DNA of 64,000 nt from positions 96,001 through 160,000 of the forward strand of contig CBDFFH010000012.1 in NCBI GenBank assembly GCA_965246715.1, given 5' to 3'. Position 1 is the stretch's first letter; every line of letters starts with the position of its first letter. Position numbers and translations under genes: made by a program. Below the pieces are notes generated by a model. The model worked only from the letters and a program-made list of their open reading frames with translations. It did no database searches and had not been told where the DNA came from. The DNA is from Chamaesiphon sp. Its GTDB lineage: Bacteria; Cyanobacteriota; Cyanobacteriia; Cyanobacteriales; Chamaesiphonaceae. Shown piece by piece: positions 20,227 to 30,655 of this stretch.

Positions 20227-20520
20227 ACCTCATTTCGGGTTGAGGATGTCCACTTAACCGCTCCTAGCTTCGTTTTGAAACCGCCCCCGAAAAATAAACC
20301 CTAACCCACAGATCGACCTATAGTGCGAAGCTAATGCGAAGCGCGCTCCGCTGCGAACAAACCAATCCTTGTGCAAGGAAGTTTGAGGGGCGGCACCCCG
20401 CTCCTCAACGGGGGGTCTGGGGGAAGCCTCCCCCAGATCCGGGTTCTACAACACCAGTGATTTTTGCAGTACAGATCTCTTGTCTCAACCCGAACTTAAG
20501 TTAAATAACCCAAGTTGCTA
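20227..20520. mobile_element. Degenerate MITE (same family as 47643-47879) followed by TAAATA and the TIR of the 61268-type MITE
   Basis: 20235-20285 is the near reverse complement of 47820-47872; right TIR CCCGAACTTAAGT ends at 20501; ACCCAAGTTGCTA at 20508-20520. Confidence 0.65.
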
Positions 20521-21327
20521 ACCTCGCGAAGCGCCCAATCGCAACCAAGACTGTTTGCGGGGGAGGGGCGCGGCGAGCTGCATCACCCGCTCTAGCAACT
20601 GTGGGACGAGATAATTACCCCAGATGGCTAGATGACTTTGCCAACCGATCGAGATTTCATTGACATCGTGCTCGATCCCTCGGATTAGCGCCTGGGCGAC
20701 GCGTTGGGGCGACATGGGGACTACCCAGCGGAATAACTGCAAATCGCGAACCATGTCGGTATCGGTTAATGTCGGCAATAACACGATCGCGCGGACATTA
20801 TGGCTGGCGAGTTCGCCGCGTAGTGCTTGAGTGAAGCCGACGATCGCAAATTTAGTCGCTGAATAAGTAGACATCGTCGGTGCCGCCACCTTGCCCATCA
20901 AGCTCGCTACATTAACGATCGTCCCTTCGCGTTGGGATACCATCCGCCGGGCGATTAACCGCGTAATTGTATACATCCCAAGTAAGTTGATCGCGATCTC
21001 TTCTTGAACGTGCGGTAACTTGGATTGGAGAAAAGGCGCTTGATAGGCAACTCCCGCACAATTTACCAGGAGGTGAATCTGCCCGTAATCCCGCCATGCT
21101 TGCGAAATTACGACATTGACTCGAACGCGATCGGTTAGATCGACAGCTATGGGGATGACTTCGACACCCATTGCGGCGAGATCGACGGCGACTTCACCCA
21201 ATCGATCGGCATTGCGGGCAACGATTAGCAGGCGCTTGATACCAGCTTTGGCTAGTTCGAAAGCGATCGCTTGTCCGATGCCCCGCGATGCGCCTGTAAC
21301 GAGGGCTGTTTTTCCTGTAATATTCAT
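20518..21327 (-). CDS. Short-chain dehydrogenase/reductase
   Basis: TGASRGIG, NCAG, VASL, YSATK; alternative start at 21381. Confidence 0.9.
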   Translation of the reverse strand: MNITGKTALVTGASRGIGQAIAFELAKAGIKRLLIVARNADRLGEVAVDLAAMGVEVIPIAVDLTDRVRVNVVISQAWRDYGQIHLLVNCAGVAYQAPFLQSKLPHVQEEIAINLLGMYTITRLIARRMVSQREGTIVNVASLMGKVAAPTMSTYSATKFAIVGFTQALRGELASHNVRAIVLLPTLTDTDMVRDLQLFRWVVPMSPQRVAQALIRGIEHDVNEISIGWQSHLAIWGNYLVPQLLERVMQLAAPLPRKQSWLRLGASRG

Positions 21328-22057
21328 CTTTAAAACCTTCAAAGCTAAGGCTCCGCTGTCGCTAATGAATTGGTGTTTCATTAGCTCGCAGCAGTAAACC
21401 GGGGACTGGAATTTAAGTTAAATACTGAGTAGATGTATGGACTGACTGACTGTTTCTGCGATATTACGACAGAAATTGAGGTGCAACGATATTGGGAGCG
21501 AAGCGGCGATCGTCTAAATTCAGCCAGTTGATGGTTATCCGCGAAATGTCCAGCTTGGTGAGGGATTAAACATTCAGTATCTTTCCTCAGTATGAAACGT
21601 TAACTCGAACTGTTGTTTCGTAAGCACACCTTATCAAATAGGTCGAGCAGTTGCAATATTTATTCGCAAACTCTTACTATCGAGACATATCTCTACATGA
21701 TTCTCAGGGATCGCGATCGTAGTTAGTAGTACGCACAGATCCTGCTGTGACAAGAGTTTGCCGAGTCAAATACTACGAACTACCGCACACATTTTATGAG
21801 AAGTGCAAAGTTTAATGAGAACTGGAATACATATAAATGTTGTCTTGAAAGCGACCGAGATCGCTAATTTCTGGTTAAAACAGCGAAATAGTCCTCGATC
21901 GCCAGCGCTCGAGCTAGTCAACCAAATAATACTCAAATTCAAACATCACTCTACTATCTTGGATGAGTATATAACTTCGGCGAATTGCGATTCGCCCAAG
22001 GCTGGCTCAACCAGCGAGTTATGACATCTACAGATATTAAATAACGGAGTAGTTATC

Positions 22058-22291
22058 ATGTCACAATCTCCACAAAATCAGCCACCTGCTGTAATCCCAG
22101 CACCAGCAACAAACGATCCGCCAACTAATCGTCGCAATGATTGGGTTTGGGGATTTTCCGCCCAATCTGAGATTTGGAATAGTCGGTTGGCGATGATTGG
22201 ATTCGTCGCGGTTTTGGCGATCGAATTGTTCTCTGGTGATGGTGTATTACACTTTTGGAACATCCTCAGTCATCCAGAAATATTGCCCTAG
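22058..22291 (+). CDS. High-light-inducible protein (Hlip/SCP)
   Basis: WGFSAQSEIWNSRLAMIGFVA chlorophyll-binding ExxNxRxAM motif. Confidence 0.88.
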   Translation: MSQSPQNQPPAVIPAPATNDPPTNRRNDWVWGFSAQSEIWNSRLAMIGFVAVLAIELFSGDGVLHFWNILSHPEILP

Positions 22292-22314
22292 CGCGATCGG
22301 GTTAACGCTTTGAC

Positions 22315-22373
22315 GGTACCCACAAGGGGCACCCCTAAACAATCAACCTGTAGGGGTGCCTCTCGTGGGTACC
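22315..22373. repeat. REP-like inverted doublet downstream of the hli gene
   Basis: GGTACCCACAAGGGGCACCCCTA...TAGGGGTGCCTCTCGTGGGTACC. Confidence 0.65.
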
Positions 22374-22855
22374 CTAGATCTCTGGTTAGCATTAGTATTT
22401 TCAAACTGGTGCTCCCATAAATATGAAATCCCCCAATTCGGGAGCTAAGCGCGATCGCCATTCAATCCACTCGATTTTTTCCTAGTAAATGATGATGTCC
22501 GCTGTGATGCTATTTCAGTATCTGCCACCGATCTAGTACCTTGGAAAATATTGACAATCCACGAGAAATATCTAGCTCAGACATAGAAGAGTATATATCC
22601 AAAGAGAGATATTATTGCCGATCGCAATCGTTACAATCGAAGCAATCACTTAATAAATCTTAAACAAGTCTAAAGAATGTCTCGACGAGTGATGCTATGT
22701 TCCGATGCTAGCTACATTGAGAACCCTGCTAAAATCGGTAACTTTAAGCACTAATCTCTCACATCAAATGTTGAAAAAAGTGATTTAATTTACAGTTTTA
22801 GTAGCAAGAGATCGGAACTCGATTGACACGGACTTGTGGCTTTGGGTAGTTACTC

Positions 22856-23659
22856 ATGATAAAAACAACCGCCAAGATCGAACAGTCTAATATCGAACGC
22901 ATCAGTACGCTCAAATATTACAAACAAGGCGCAGTCCAGCCCATAAACAGTTCTTACCTCGACCAGACTGCGGCAAGAATGCTCGAACTCGATCGAGATC
23001 GGGCGATCGGGCAAGAATACACTTTACCGATTCCTTATCTGTGTCAGATTTATCACCTCCTCAATCTCAAGCATTTAGAAGTAGTTCATGGATTCAGTCT
23101 CAATGGTCTGAAAATTAGTAGTATCGATTTATTTGAAACAACAAATACTGGCGGAACGATTAAGTTCAAAACAGTCCTAGTATCTTCGTTAAATTTCTTG
23201 AGAATTTGGCGACAGCCCGTAGTCGATGTCGAGCTAACATTGCTCAATCCTTACACGATCGAGCTAAATGTTGGTATTTACAGAAACAAAAAAATTACGG
23301 TAATGTTCAATGTTTTACCACTGAGTGAAAACGAACACAAACTGTTCATTGACATCTACAGTAGTGTCGGCATTGCCAAGCCCATCTTGCAGGTTCTATT
23401 GCACGTTGCATCTTGTCTGACTGTATTTGAAGATCTCCCCTACCTCCGCAAACTAGCCAAGAAAAATCCACGCCGTCTGCTCAGATCTGCCAAACGTTCA
23501 AAATGCCAAACCATGCAGCTATTCAATCGATTTGTCGATTTGTATGCAGCTAAGTCAGAGCAACTACCATTGATGAATGCGATCGCGCTCAAACCTGGGT
23601 TGTCAGCTCTCCACAATCTAGCCGATAGCAATAGCTCGACCGCTCCTCAACCTGCATAA
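22856..23659 (+). CDS. Hypothetical protein resembling the catalytic (START/SRPBCC) domain of Rieske oxygenases, without a Rieske domain
   Basis: HLLNLKHLEVVHG resembles the Fe-binding N/DxxHxxxxH motif; VFEDL resembles the distal Asp ligand; no CxH...CxxH. Confidence 0.5.
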   Translation: MIKTTAKIEQSNIERISTLKYYKQGAVQPINSSYLDQTAARMLELDRDRAIGQEYTLPIPYLCQIYHLLNLKHLEVVHGFSLNGLKISSIDLFETTNTGGTIKFKTVLVSSLNFLRIWRQPVVDVELTLLNPYTIELNVGIYRNKKITVMFNVLPLSENEHKLFIDIYSSVGIAKPILQVLLHVASCLTVFEDLPYLRKLAKKNPRRLLRSAKRSKCQTMQLFNRFVDLYAAKSEQLPLMNAIALKPGLSALHNLADSNSSTAPQPA

Positions 23660-23684
23660 ATTTTAGTAAAAATAACCGCTCGTT

Positions 23685-25565
23685 ATGCCCATCAAAGAAC
23701 AACCTACACCCCCACGTTCCCCACTAATTAATAGCATCGTGCTATCGATCGGTACGCTATTCCTGATTGCTAGCTTAGTCTTGCCAAACGGCTTGGGGCA
23801 ACAGACTTCAGCAGTACCCTACAGTCTGTTCGTGCATCAGATCGAGCAAGGGCAAGTTCAGCGCGTGCAGATCGGCCAAAATCAGATTCGGTTTCAATTA
23901 AAACCAGTTGAGGGTAAAGAACCGCAGATTTTTACCACCACACCAATCTTCGATCTAAACTTGCCCAAGTTACTCGAAGACAAAGGGGTGGAATTTGCCG
24001 CCGAGCCACCGCCAACTAATGGCTGGATCGGTAATGTTTTGAGCTGGGTCGTACCACCGCTGATCTTTGTCGCCATCTGGCAATTTTTTATCCGCCGTGC
24101 GGGTGGTGGCGGTCAGGGAGTACTATCGATCGGTAAAAGCAAAGCCAAAATTTATGTTGAGGGCGAAGCTGGCAAAACCACCTTTGCTGATGTGGCTGGA
24201 GTTGAGGAAGCCAAAGCTGAGTTAGTCGAAATTGTCGAATTTCTCAAGACCCCCGGACGCTACATTGAGATCGGCGCGCGTATTCCTAAGGGTGTGTTAT
24301 TAGTCGGCCCACCAGGAACTGGGAAAACGTTGCTAGCCAAAGCAGTTGCTGGGGAAGCGGGCGTGCCCTTCTTTAGTATTTCCGGTTCGGAATTTGTCGA
24401 AATGTTCGTCGGCGTTGGTTCTTCCCGCGTGCGCGACTTGTTCGAGCAAGCCAAAAAACAAGCTCCTTGTATCGTCTTTATCGATGAGCTAGATGCGATC
24501 GGTAAATCGCGCAGCAGTGGTGGTTTCTACGGCGGCAATGACGAGCGGGAACAGACACTCAACCAGTTGCTGGCGGAAATGGATGGATTTGCCCCTGGCA
24601 CCGATACTGTCATCGTCCTAGCCGCCACCAACCGTCCTGAAATCCTCGATCCGGCGCTCTTACGTCCCGGTCGCTTCGATCGACAAGTATTAGTCGATCG
24701 GCCTGACAAAGCTGGCCGCGAAGCAATTCTTAAGATCCACTCCCAAAAAGTGAAGCTAGGTGCAGATGTAGATCTCAAAGCGATCGCCACCCGTACGCCG
24801 GGTTTTGCTGGGGCAGAACTAGCAAATCTCGTTAACGAAGCGGCATTATTAGCGGCGCGCGATCGACGGGAAACGGTAGCACAGGCAGACTTTGCTGAAG
24901 CGATCGAGCGAGTAGTCGCTGGGTTGGAGAAGAAAAGTCGCGTCCTCAATGAGAAGGAAAAGAAAATCGTCGCCTATCATGAAGTCGGTCATGCGCTCGT
25001 TGGCTCCCTGATGCCTGGAAGCGATCGCGTTGAAAAAATCTCGATCGTCTCGCGTGGGATGGCAGCGCTGGGTTACACGCTACAACTCCCGACCGAAGAT
25101 CGGTTCTTGCGGGATGAAACCGAACTACGCGGTCAAATTGCGACTCTGCTCGGGGGTCGATCGGCAGAAGAAATCGTCTTTGGTAATATCACCACTGGCG
25201 CAGCCAACGATCTTCAACGCGCTACCGATCTCGCCGAGCAAATGGTAACTACATTTGGCATGAGTAAGGTCTTGGGGCCATTGGCATATCAACAAGGACA
25301 GCAAGCTAATTTCCTGAATGATGGCACCCCCAATCCGCGCCGCGTACTAAGCGAAGAGACAGCACAAGCGATCGATCGCGAAGTCAAAGAAATTATCGAA
25401 ACCGCACACCAGCAAGCCTTGGATACGATCGGCCGCAACCGCGATCTCCTCGAAACCATCACCGCGCAACTCTTGGAAACCGAGACGATCGAAGGCGAGA
25501 AGTTATATGCTCTCCTCAGTCAAGCACATTCAGATCCGCTAGTGCATTCAGAGCTAAAGGTATAA
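23685..25565 (+). CDS. ftsH: ATP-dependent zinc metalloprotease FtsH (FtsH4-like)
   Basis: Two TM segments, [38 protein letters not shown]. Confidence 0.95.
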   Translation: MPIKEQPTPPRSPLINSIVLSIGTLFLIASLVLPNGLGQQTSAVPYSLFVHQIEQGQVQRVQIGQNQIRFQLKPVEGKEPQIFTTTPIFDLNLPKLLEDKGVEFAAEPPPTNGWIGNVLSWVVPPLIFVAIWQFFIRRAGGGGQGVLSIGKSKAKIYVEGEAGKTTFADVAGVEEAKAELVEIVEFLKTPGRYIEIGARIPKGVLLVGPPGTGKTLLAKAVAGEAGVPFFSISGSEFVEMFVGVGSSRVRDLFEQAKKQAPCIVFIDELDAIGKSRSSGGFYGGNDEREQTLNQLLAEMDGFAPGTDTVIVLAATNRPEILDPALLRPGRFDRQVLVDRPDKAGREAILKIHSQKVKLGADVDLKAIATRTPGFAGAELANLVNEAALLAARDRRETVAQADFAEAIERVVAGLEKKSRVLNEKEKKIVAYHEVGHALVGSLMPGSDRVEKISIVSRGMAALGYTLQLPTEDRFLRDETELRGQIATLLGGRSAEEIVFGNITTGAANDLQRATDLAEQMVTTFGMSKVLGPLAYQQGQQANFLNDGTPNPRRVLSEETAQAIDREVKEIIETAHQQALDTIGRNRDLLETITAQLLETETIEGEKLYALLSQAHSDPLVHSELKV

Positions 25566-25587
25566 CAATTATTTTCGATCCTAAAAC

Positions 25588-25620
25588 ATATCCCCGACTT
25601 CTTCGAGAAGTCGGGGATAT
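25588..25620. terminator. Palindromic repeat identical to 16992-17024
   Basis: ATATCCCCGACTTCTTCGAGAAGTCGGGGATAT between convergent ftsH and nblA. Confidence 0.7.
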
Positions 25621-25707
25621 TGCGATAAAGTGTGGTGGCAAAAGCAGTAAATCGTAGTATCGATCGATTAGCGATTTCGAGTGCCGATCGGCCATCGAGT
25701 CATGAAT

Positions 25708-25878
25708 TTATAGCTGCTTAATCATCAAGTGTTTGATGACATTTTCTTTAATCGCCAACTGTCTCAGCAAAGCCAATAGGCATTCTTGGGTCTGTTCGTA
25801 GTTCAATTCTTTGACTTGTTCTGCTTGAATCTTTAAACTAAATTCTTGCTCGATGGTCAATTCAATTGGAATTTCCAT
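25708..25878 (-). CDS. nblA: Phycobilisome degradation protein NblA (56 aa, not in ORF track)
   Basis: MEIPIELTIEQEFSLKIQAEQVKELNYEQTQECLLALLRQLAIKENVIKHLMIKQL*; LT.EQEF...KEN..K.L signature. Confidence 0.88.
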   Translation of the reverse strand: MEIPIELTIEQEFSLKIQAEQVKELNYEQTQECLLALLRQLAIKENVIKHLMIKQL

Positions 25879-25914
25879 TTATTGTGCTGGGTATTTAGGA
25901 AGCAACGATCCGAC

Positions 25915-25932
25915 TATGTAAATAAATATAAC
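25915..25932 (-). promoter_or_regulatory. HLR1 (RpaB-binding) direct repeat upstream of nblA
   Basis: Minus strand GTTATATT-TA-TTTACATA versus consensus (G/T)TTACA(T/A)(T/A)-N2-(G/T)TTACA(T/A)(T/A); one mismatch. Confidence 0.6.
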
Positions 25933-26134
25933 GTATTTTTGACAAAGTGTCGATCTTGAATGTCACTATTTGCTCGATCGAGAGGGTGTCCCGACCGAGC
26001 GAAATTGTTAAAATAAGTAAGATCGTCAAGCAATCGCACCAAATGCTAGGGCTAGCTGCGATCTGGATCGATCGAGTATTGTCGCAGTGAGTGACATCGA
26101 TCGTTGTTTTTGAGTTAATTAGGTGAATCCGCAG

Positions 26135-26740
26135 ATGATGGACGTAATGGAATTTTTTCAGCATAGTGCTGGTAGATGGCGATCGAAACGGACGACTCAT
26201 CATCTGGCATTTAGAAGATCTGAGATGGGCGAATCTGAGATTGAAGTCAAAGCACTCGATGCTAAGGATCCACAGGTAATCGCGCTGTGTGAGTTGCATC
26301 AGGTCGATCCTAACTTAGCTGTCGGCGGTTGCTACGTCACTTGGGCAGCGTCGATGGGTTGGGATCAAGAAGGTGAAAACCATGAGGGTCAGACGGTATT
26401 TGCCCTCGTCCCTGATGCTGACAACCCGCGCAACGGACAGTTATTACGCGATCGTGGTTATGCCGAAATCGTGGCGGTCAACGGGCACTATCATATGGAT
26501 GAAGATGGTGGATTGGTGCTGACGACTGATTATGACATCATGAGTTCGGTGGAGCGGTTCTGGTTCCCGAGTCCGAATGTTCGCGTTCGCAGTAGTACGG
26601 TGAAGCGGATGGGGGGATTTAGTACGGCGACTTTTTGTACCGAAACTCGCGTTGGTGCCGATGAGTTGGCGACACCACAACCAGAAATTGCCACAGCACA
26701 ACTAGATGCCAAGGCGTTGGTTTCCCCGCTTGGTTGGTAA
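26135..26740 (+). CDS. cpcS: Phycobiliprotein lyase, CpcS/CpeS family
   Basis: MEFFQHSAGRWRSKRTTHHLAF, LLRDRGYAE, ERFWFPSPNVRVR, ATFCTETR. Confidence 0.88.
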   Translation: MMDVMEFFQHSAGRWRSKRTTHHLAFRRSEMGESEIEVKALDAKDPQVIALCELHQVDPNLAVGGCYVTWAASMGWDQEGENHEGQTVFALVPDADNPRNGQLLRDRGYAEIVAVNGHYHMDEDGGLVLTTDYDIMSSVERFWFPSPNVRVRSSTVKRMGGFSTATFCTETRVGADELATPQPEIATAQLDAKALVSPLGW

Positions 26741-26825
26741 TCGACAACCGCTAGCTTATCAGCAAGGGGTGGAGTATTTAGCCAAAATTTCAACATTTTT
26801 GCCAGATCGCCGATCGATCGATGTG

Positions 26826-27287
26826 ATGTCCAATCTCCGCGATCGCGAGTCGATCTGTATCTGGATTGGCAACTCGATCGAGACGGTAAATTTCCAACTT
26901 CAGGCTCATCTAAACGCCTGTGCTGAGTGCTTTATGCCACTCGATCGGCGATCGATTCAGATCTTCGCCGTACCACTTGCTGCGTCCATGCAGCTCGATG
27001 GTTTTTGCAATATCGAGATCGTGCCAGTGACGATTTTAGTCGATGTCGGTCGGGTCGCACCAGCGGATTGGCTGGCGCTAGTAGCGCATGAGTACGCCCA
27101 CGCGCATCTGGGTATTGCCGGACACGATCGATCGTATGCCCAGATCCTCAATCATCTCTGTCTGGGATTGGGACTCGCACAGCCACTACCCCGAGCTGAA
27201 GCAGATTTATTATTTTGGCCACCTTACTCACCACAGCTAGATCCCCTTGCATTATGGCGTGGTGAAGCGCTCTTCGATCGGTCATAA
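26826..27287 (+). CDS. Hypothetical HExxH metallopeptidase-like (SprT-like) protein
   Basis: LVAHEYAHAHLG..GHD; start uncertain (ORF open from 26706). Confidence 0.55.
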   Translation: MSNLRDRESICIWIGNSIETVNFQLQAHLNACAECFMPLDRRSIQIFAVPLAASMQLDGFCNIEIVPVTILVDVGRVAPADWLALVAHEYAHAHLGIAGHDRSYAQILNHLCLGLGLAQPLPRAEADLLFWPPYSPQLDPLALWRGEALFDRS

Positions 27288-27425
27288 TTGCAGAGAGCGC
27301 GATCTCTACAAGCTCGATTTCGCCAACAGTGAGTTTACCAACCTTAAAGGTTGATACCCAAAAATAGAAGCGTGGAATCGAAATTAATTCCACGCTCCTA
27401 ATAACTAACTCTCCGAGATTAACTC

Positions 27426-27725
27426 TTAGTAAAGTTGCTCTTCTTGGTGAGTGACGACCGTACAGTCAGACTTAGGATAAGCAACACAAGTCAGGACGTA
27501 ACCTGCTTCGATTTGGTCATCGTCCAAGAAGGACTGATCGGATTGGTCGATTTCGCCAGCAGTGACTTTACCAGCACAAGTAGAACAAGCACCAGCGCGG
27601 CAAGAATAAGGTAAGTCAATGCCTTGTTCTTCGGCTGCGTCTAAAATGTAGGTATCGTCAGCTACATCGATAACTTTATTTAGACCTTCAGCTTCGTTGA
27701 TTAATGTAACTTTAAAAGTTGCCAT
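27426..27725 (-). CDS. petF: Plant-type [2Fe-2S] ferredoxin
   Basis: MATFKVTL...[16 protein letters not shown]...VLTCVAYP. Confidence 0.96.
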   Translation of the reverse strand: MATFKVTLINEAEGLNKVIDVADDTYILDAAEEQGIDLPYSCRAGACSTCAGKVTAGEIDQSDQSFLDDDQIEAGYVLTCVAYPKSDCTVVTHQEEQLY

Positions 27726-28157
27726 GTCAGATTGATTCCTCTCTATTTCGATTAAAAATGGCGGATACAGATAGATTGCCTGCAATCGTGCGAGATCGTC
27801 GCCAGCCTAGATTTGTCGGCAACCGCCATTCGCAGGATCGTCCAGCTCATAGCAGTATTTTCCATCTCTATTTGAATACTAAGGGAAAACCTCACCATCT
27901 GTATCCGTAAGTCCATTTAAAGTCGAACGGTATTCGTAATCAAATTACGGTAATTCATCCTAATTACTTATATTTCAGGAATCAGGGGATAGGGGAATGG
28001 GGTTAGGGGTGAGGGCTTAGGGGTTGGGGAATAGTGGCTCTATTTGGGTAGAAACAAGTGCCCGAGCAGGAGACAACCGCTCGAACGCGTGAATGGTGGA
28101 TGAATTAAGCAGTTATAATACTTATCGCCATCATCACTTCATCCTATTTAACAGCTC

Positions 28158-29174
28158 ATGTCTGAAATCACTAATTACGGCGAAATAACTCTTCCCCTAA
28201 GAGTTGGATTGGTAGGCACCGGATTTGTCGCCAAATTACGCGCACAAACGATCGCCGCCGAAGCTCGCACTCAATTAGTGGCTGTAACTGGGCGAAATGC
28301 CAGCCGGACGGCTGAATTTGCCGCTAGTGTCGATATGCAAGCTGTTGCTGATTGGCAGACATTGGTGGCGATGCCAGACATCGATGCGATCGTCGTTTCG
28401 ACGATCAATGGCGGTCGCGGAGGCATCGTGCGCGCGGCGATCGCTGCCGGAAAACATACAATTGTCGAGTATCCAATTTCGCTCGATCCGCAAGAAGCTG
28501 CCGAAATTATCGATTTGGCAGCAGCGAAAAAAGTCTTATTGCATGTCGAGCATATCGAACTCTTAGGCGGCTTGCATCAAACGATGCGTGAATGGTTGGT
28601 GCGGCTGGGAGCGATTCATTATGCCCGCTACAGCACGATCGTCCCCCAACGTCCCGCACCTCAAAAATGGACTTTCGATCGGGTTGAGTTTGGATTTCCC
28701 CTCAGTGGGGCACTTTCTCGCTTGCATCGCTTCACGGATTTATTTGGCGCGATCGAGAGCGTCGATTGTCACAATCAATATTGGGGTGGTGTGGGTAATT
28801 ATTTTCAGACTTGTTTATGCACGGCGCAATTACGCTTTAAAAATACTACCGCGATCGGCGAAGTTGTCTACGGTAAGGGAGAAGGATTGTGGGAAAGTTC
28901 CCGCAAGTTTGAAGTCCACGGCGAAAATGGCGCGTTAATCTTTGATGGCGATGCTGGGGTATTCTTGCAAGCCGATAGTTCCACCCCGATCGATCTCGGT
29001 TCGCGCCGAGGGTTATTTGCCAAGGATTTAGAAATAGTGCTCGACCATTTACTAGAAGGTAAACCAAATTATGTGACTCCTGCGGCTAGTCTCGCGACAC
29101 TGCGCGTAGCCGATGCCGCGCGGATCTCCGCCGAAACGCGGCGGACGGCACTCGTGAGAAGTGCCAACGATTGA
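28158..29174 (+). CDS. bvdR: Biliverdin reductase (Gfo/Idh/MocA family)
   Basis: VGLVGTG, VEYP, HVEHIELLGGLH, FGFPLSGALSRLHR, YGKGE, SRRGLFAKD. Confidence 0.8.
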   Translation: MSEITNYGEITLPLRVGLVGTGFVAKLRAQTIAAEARTQLVAVTGRNASRTAEFAASVDMQAVADWQTLVAMPDIDAIVVSTINGGRGGIVRAAIAAGKHTIVEYPISLDPQEAAEIIDLAAAKKVLLHVEHIELLGGLHQTMREWLVRLGAIHYARYSTIVPQRPAPQKWTFDRVEFGFPLSGALSRLHRFTDLFGAIESVDCHNQYWGGVGNYFQTCLCTAQLRFKNTTAIGEVVYGKGEGLWESSRKFEVHGENGALIFDGDAGVFLQADSSTPIDLGSRRGLFAKDLEIVLDHLLEGKPNYVTPAASLATLRVADAARISAETRRTALVRSAND

Positions 29175-29273
29175 AACTGCTCAGAGCTTAGAGATCGGGG
29201 TTAGGTAAATTAACAACAATCTACCCGCGTTAGTCAATGATCTAACGGTTCCCAATTGAATGAGGTATATTCA

Positions 29274-29297
29274 CTAGCCACTAGCCACTAGTCACTA
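29274..29297. repeat. Heptamer short tandem repeat (STRR-like, CTAGCCA unit)
   Basis: CTAGCCACTAGCCACTAGTCACTA; same unit at 9437-9455 and 55778-55985. Confidence 0.6.
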
Positions 29298-29596
29298 AAA
29301 CTCTTAATAATGCCCTTCACTAGGATGAGAAATGTTAACTTGTAGGGCTGTATTTTATATTCGCCCACCAAGAGTTACGTTGCTCATTTAGGATCGCGAT
29401 AAGAGTACCTAAATTGGGACAGTTAGCCAGTTGTCGATCTCAGTCTAAGGATAGATTTGGAAATCGATTGGTAGGGTTATTCTAGGACAAGAGCTTCGGA
29501 TCGAGATCGATCGCTACGAGAACATCCTTAGCTCGACGATCGCTTTATTGAGATAGATATTGGCGATGGAAGAATAGCAGTATCTAGGAACTAATT

Positions 29597-30364
29597 ATGT
29601 CTAAACCAATCAAAGAACATCTTACCGAAAATATCGATAAAGCCAAGGGCGAAGGTAAGCTACGATCGGAAAATATTCGCGGGATCGTTGCTGATGCTGC
29701 TTCTCTAACCGCATCAGAGATTAAAGAAGGTGCCGAGCGGATGCGCACGATCGTCAAAGACGCGATTACCTCAGCGCTTGCTGATGTCAAAGATACGACT
29801 AGCGAAATTCCTGAAAAAGTGACGCACTCGATCGAAAATGCGATCGAAGAAAGCACTCGCTACCGCAAAGAAGCAATTGCCAGTCTTCAGGCCAAGATGC
29901 AGGAGATTCAAGCTCAAATTGATGAGCGACAACGACAGTTGGATATGGATATCGAAGATACGATCGTCGATGTCAAAGCTACTGAAGTTGATGACTCTAG
30001 CAAGCTAAATGACGCGATCGACAAAGCTGTAAATAATGTCAAAGAGCGCGAAGAAACGACTTCGCTCAAACAGCAATACCTCACGCTAAAATTTCAGTTA
30101 GCTAATTTGGATGCTAAGTTAGCTGAGCGTTATGGCAGTCGCTACAGCGAAGTCAAGCAACAATTGGAAAATGTCAAAACGTTGTATGACAAAGCCAAGG
30201 CCGAAGCTGAAGCTAGTGGTGTTACCCCCATCCAGTCCAAGCAAACAGAAATCGAACGCAAACTGAGTAGATTTGCTTCTGCCGCAGTAATTGCCGAACA
30301 CGAAATCGTTAAATATTTACAGGAAATCTGGAAAAACAAAGGTTTTGATTCTAAACACAAGTAA
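29597..30364 (+). CDS. Hypothetical coiled-coil protein
   Basis: 255-aa helical, charged ORF; first of three co-oriented genes. Confidence 0.7.
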   Translation: MSKPIKEHLTENIDKAKGEGKLRSENIRGIVADAASLTASEIKEGAERMRTIVKDAITSALADVKDTTSEIPEKVTHSIENAIEESTRYRKEAIASLQAKMQEIQAQIDERQRQLDMDIEDTIVDVKATEVDDSSKLNDAIDKAVNNVKEREETTSLKQQYLTLKFQLANLDAKLAERYGSRYSEVKQQLENVKTLYDKAKAEAEASGVTPIQSKQTEIERKLSRFASAAVIAEHEIVKYLQEIWKNKGFDSKHK

Positions 30365-30425
30365 TCGACCATCTGGCCGCGATCGACTTTCATTTTCACA
30401 GTTTATTTAGCAACCAACCTACATC

Positions 30426-30599
30426 ATGAACTTAACTAAACTTCTGCTCGGAATTTTAATTCCTCCCCTCGGTGTATTCTTGACTTATGGCATCGGCCCA
30501 ACATTTCTCATTAATGTCGGACTGACTTTTTTAGGCTGGATTCCTGGTAGTATCCATGCTGTTTGGGCGATCTCCAAAGCTGAAGAACAAGCAGGCTAA
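30426..30599 (+). CDS. YqaE/Pmp3 family small membrane protein (57 aa, not in ORF track)
   Basis: MNLTKLLLGILIPPLGVFLTYGIGPTFLINVGLTFLGWIPGSIHAVWAISKAEEQAG*. Confidence 0.9.
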   Translation: MNLTKLLLGILIPPLGVFLTYGIGPTFLINVGLTFLGWIPGSIHAVWAISKAEEQAG

Positions 30600-30655
30600 T
30601 GGCCATTCCCAATCCATGGTAAGCAGCTCTTTTTATTAGTACAAGGAAGGATAAT

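Noticed and set aside
21803..22024. 73-aa ORF upstream of the hli gene
   Set aside because: No recognisable motif or RBS; lies in a probable promoter region
25895..26299. 134-aa minus-strand ORF
   Set aside because: Overlaps cpcS antisense and the nblA promoter; composition is not protein-like
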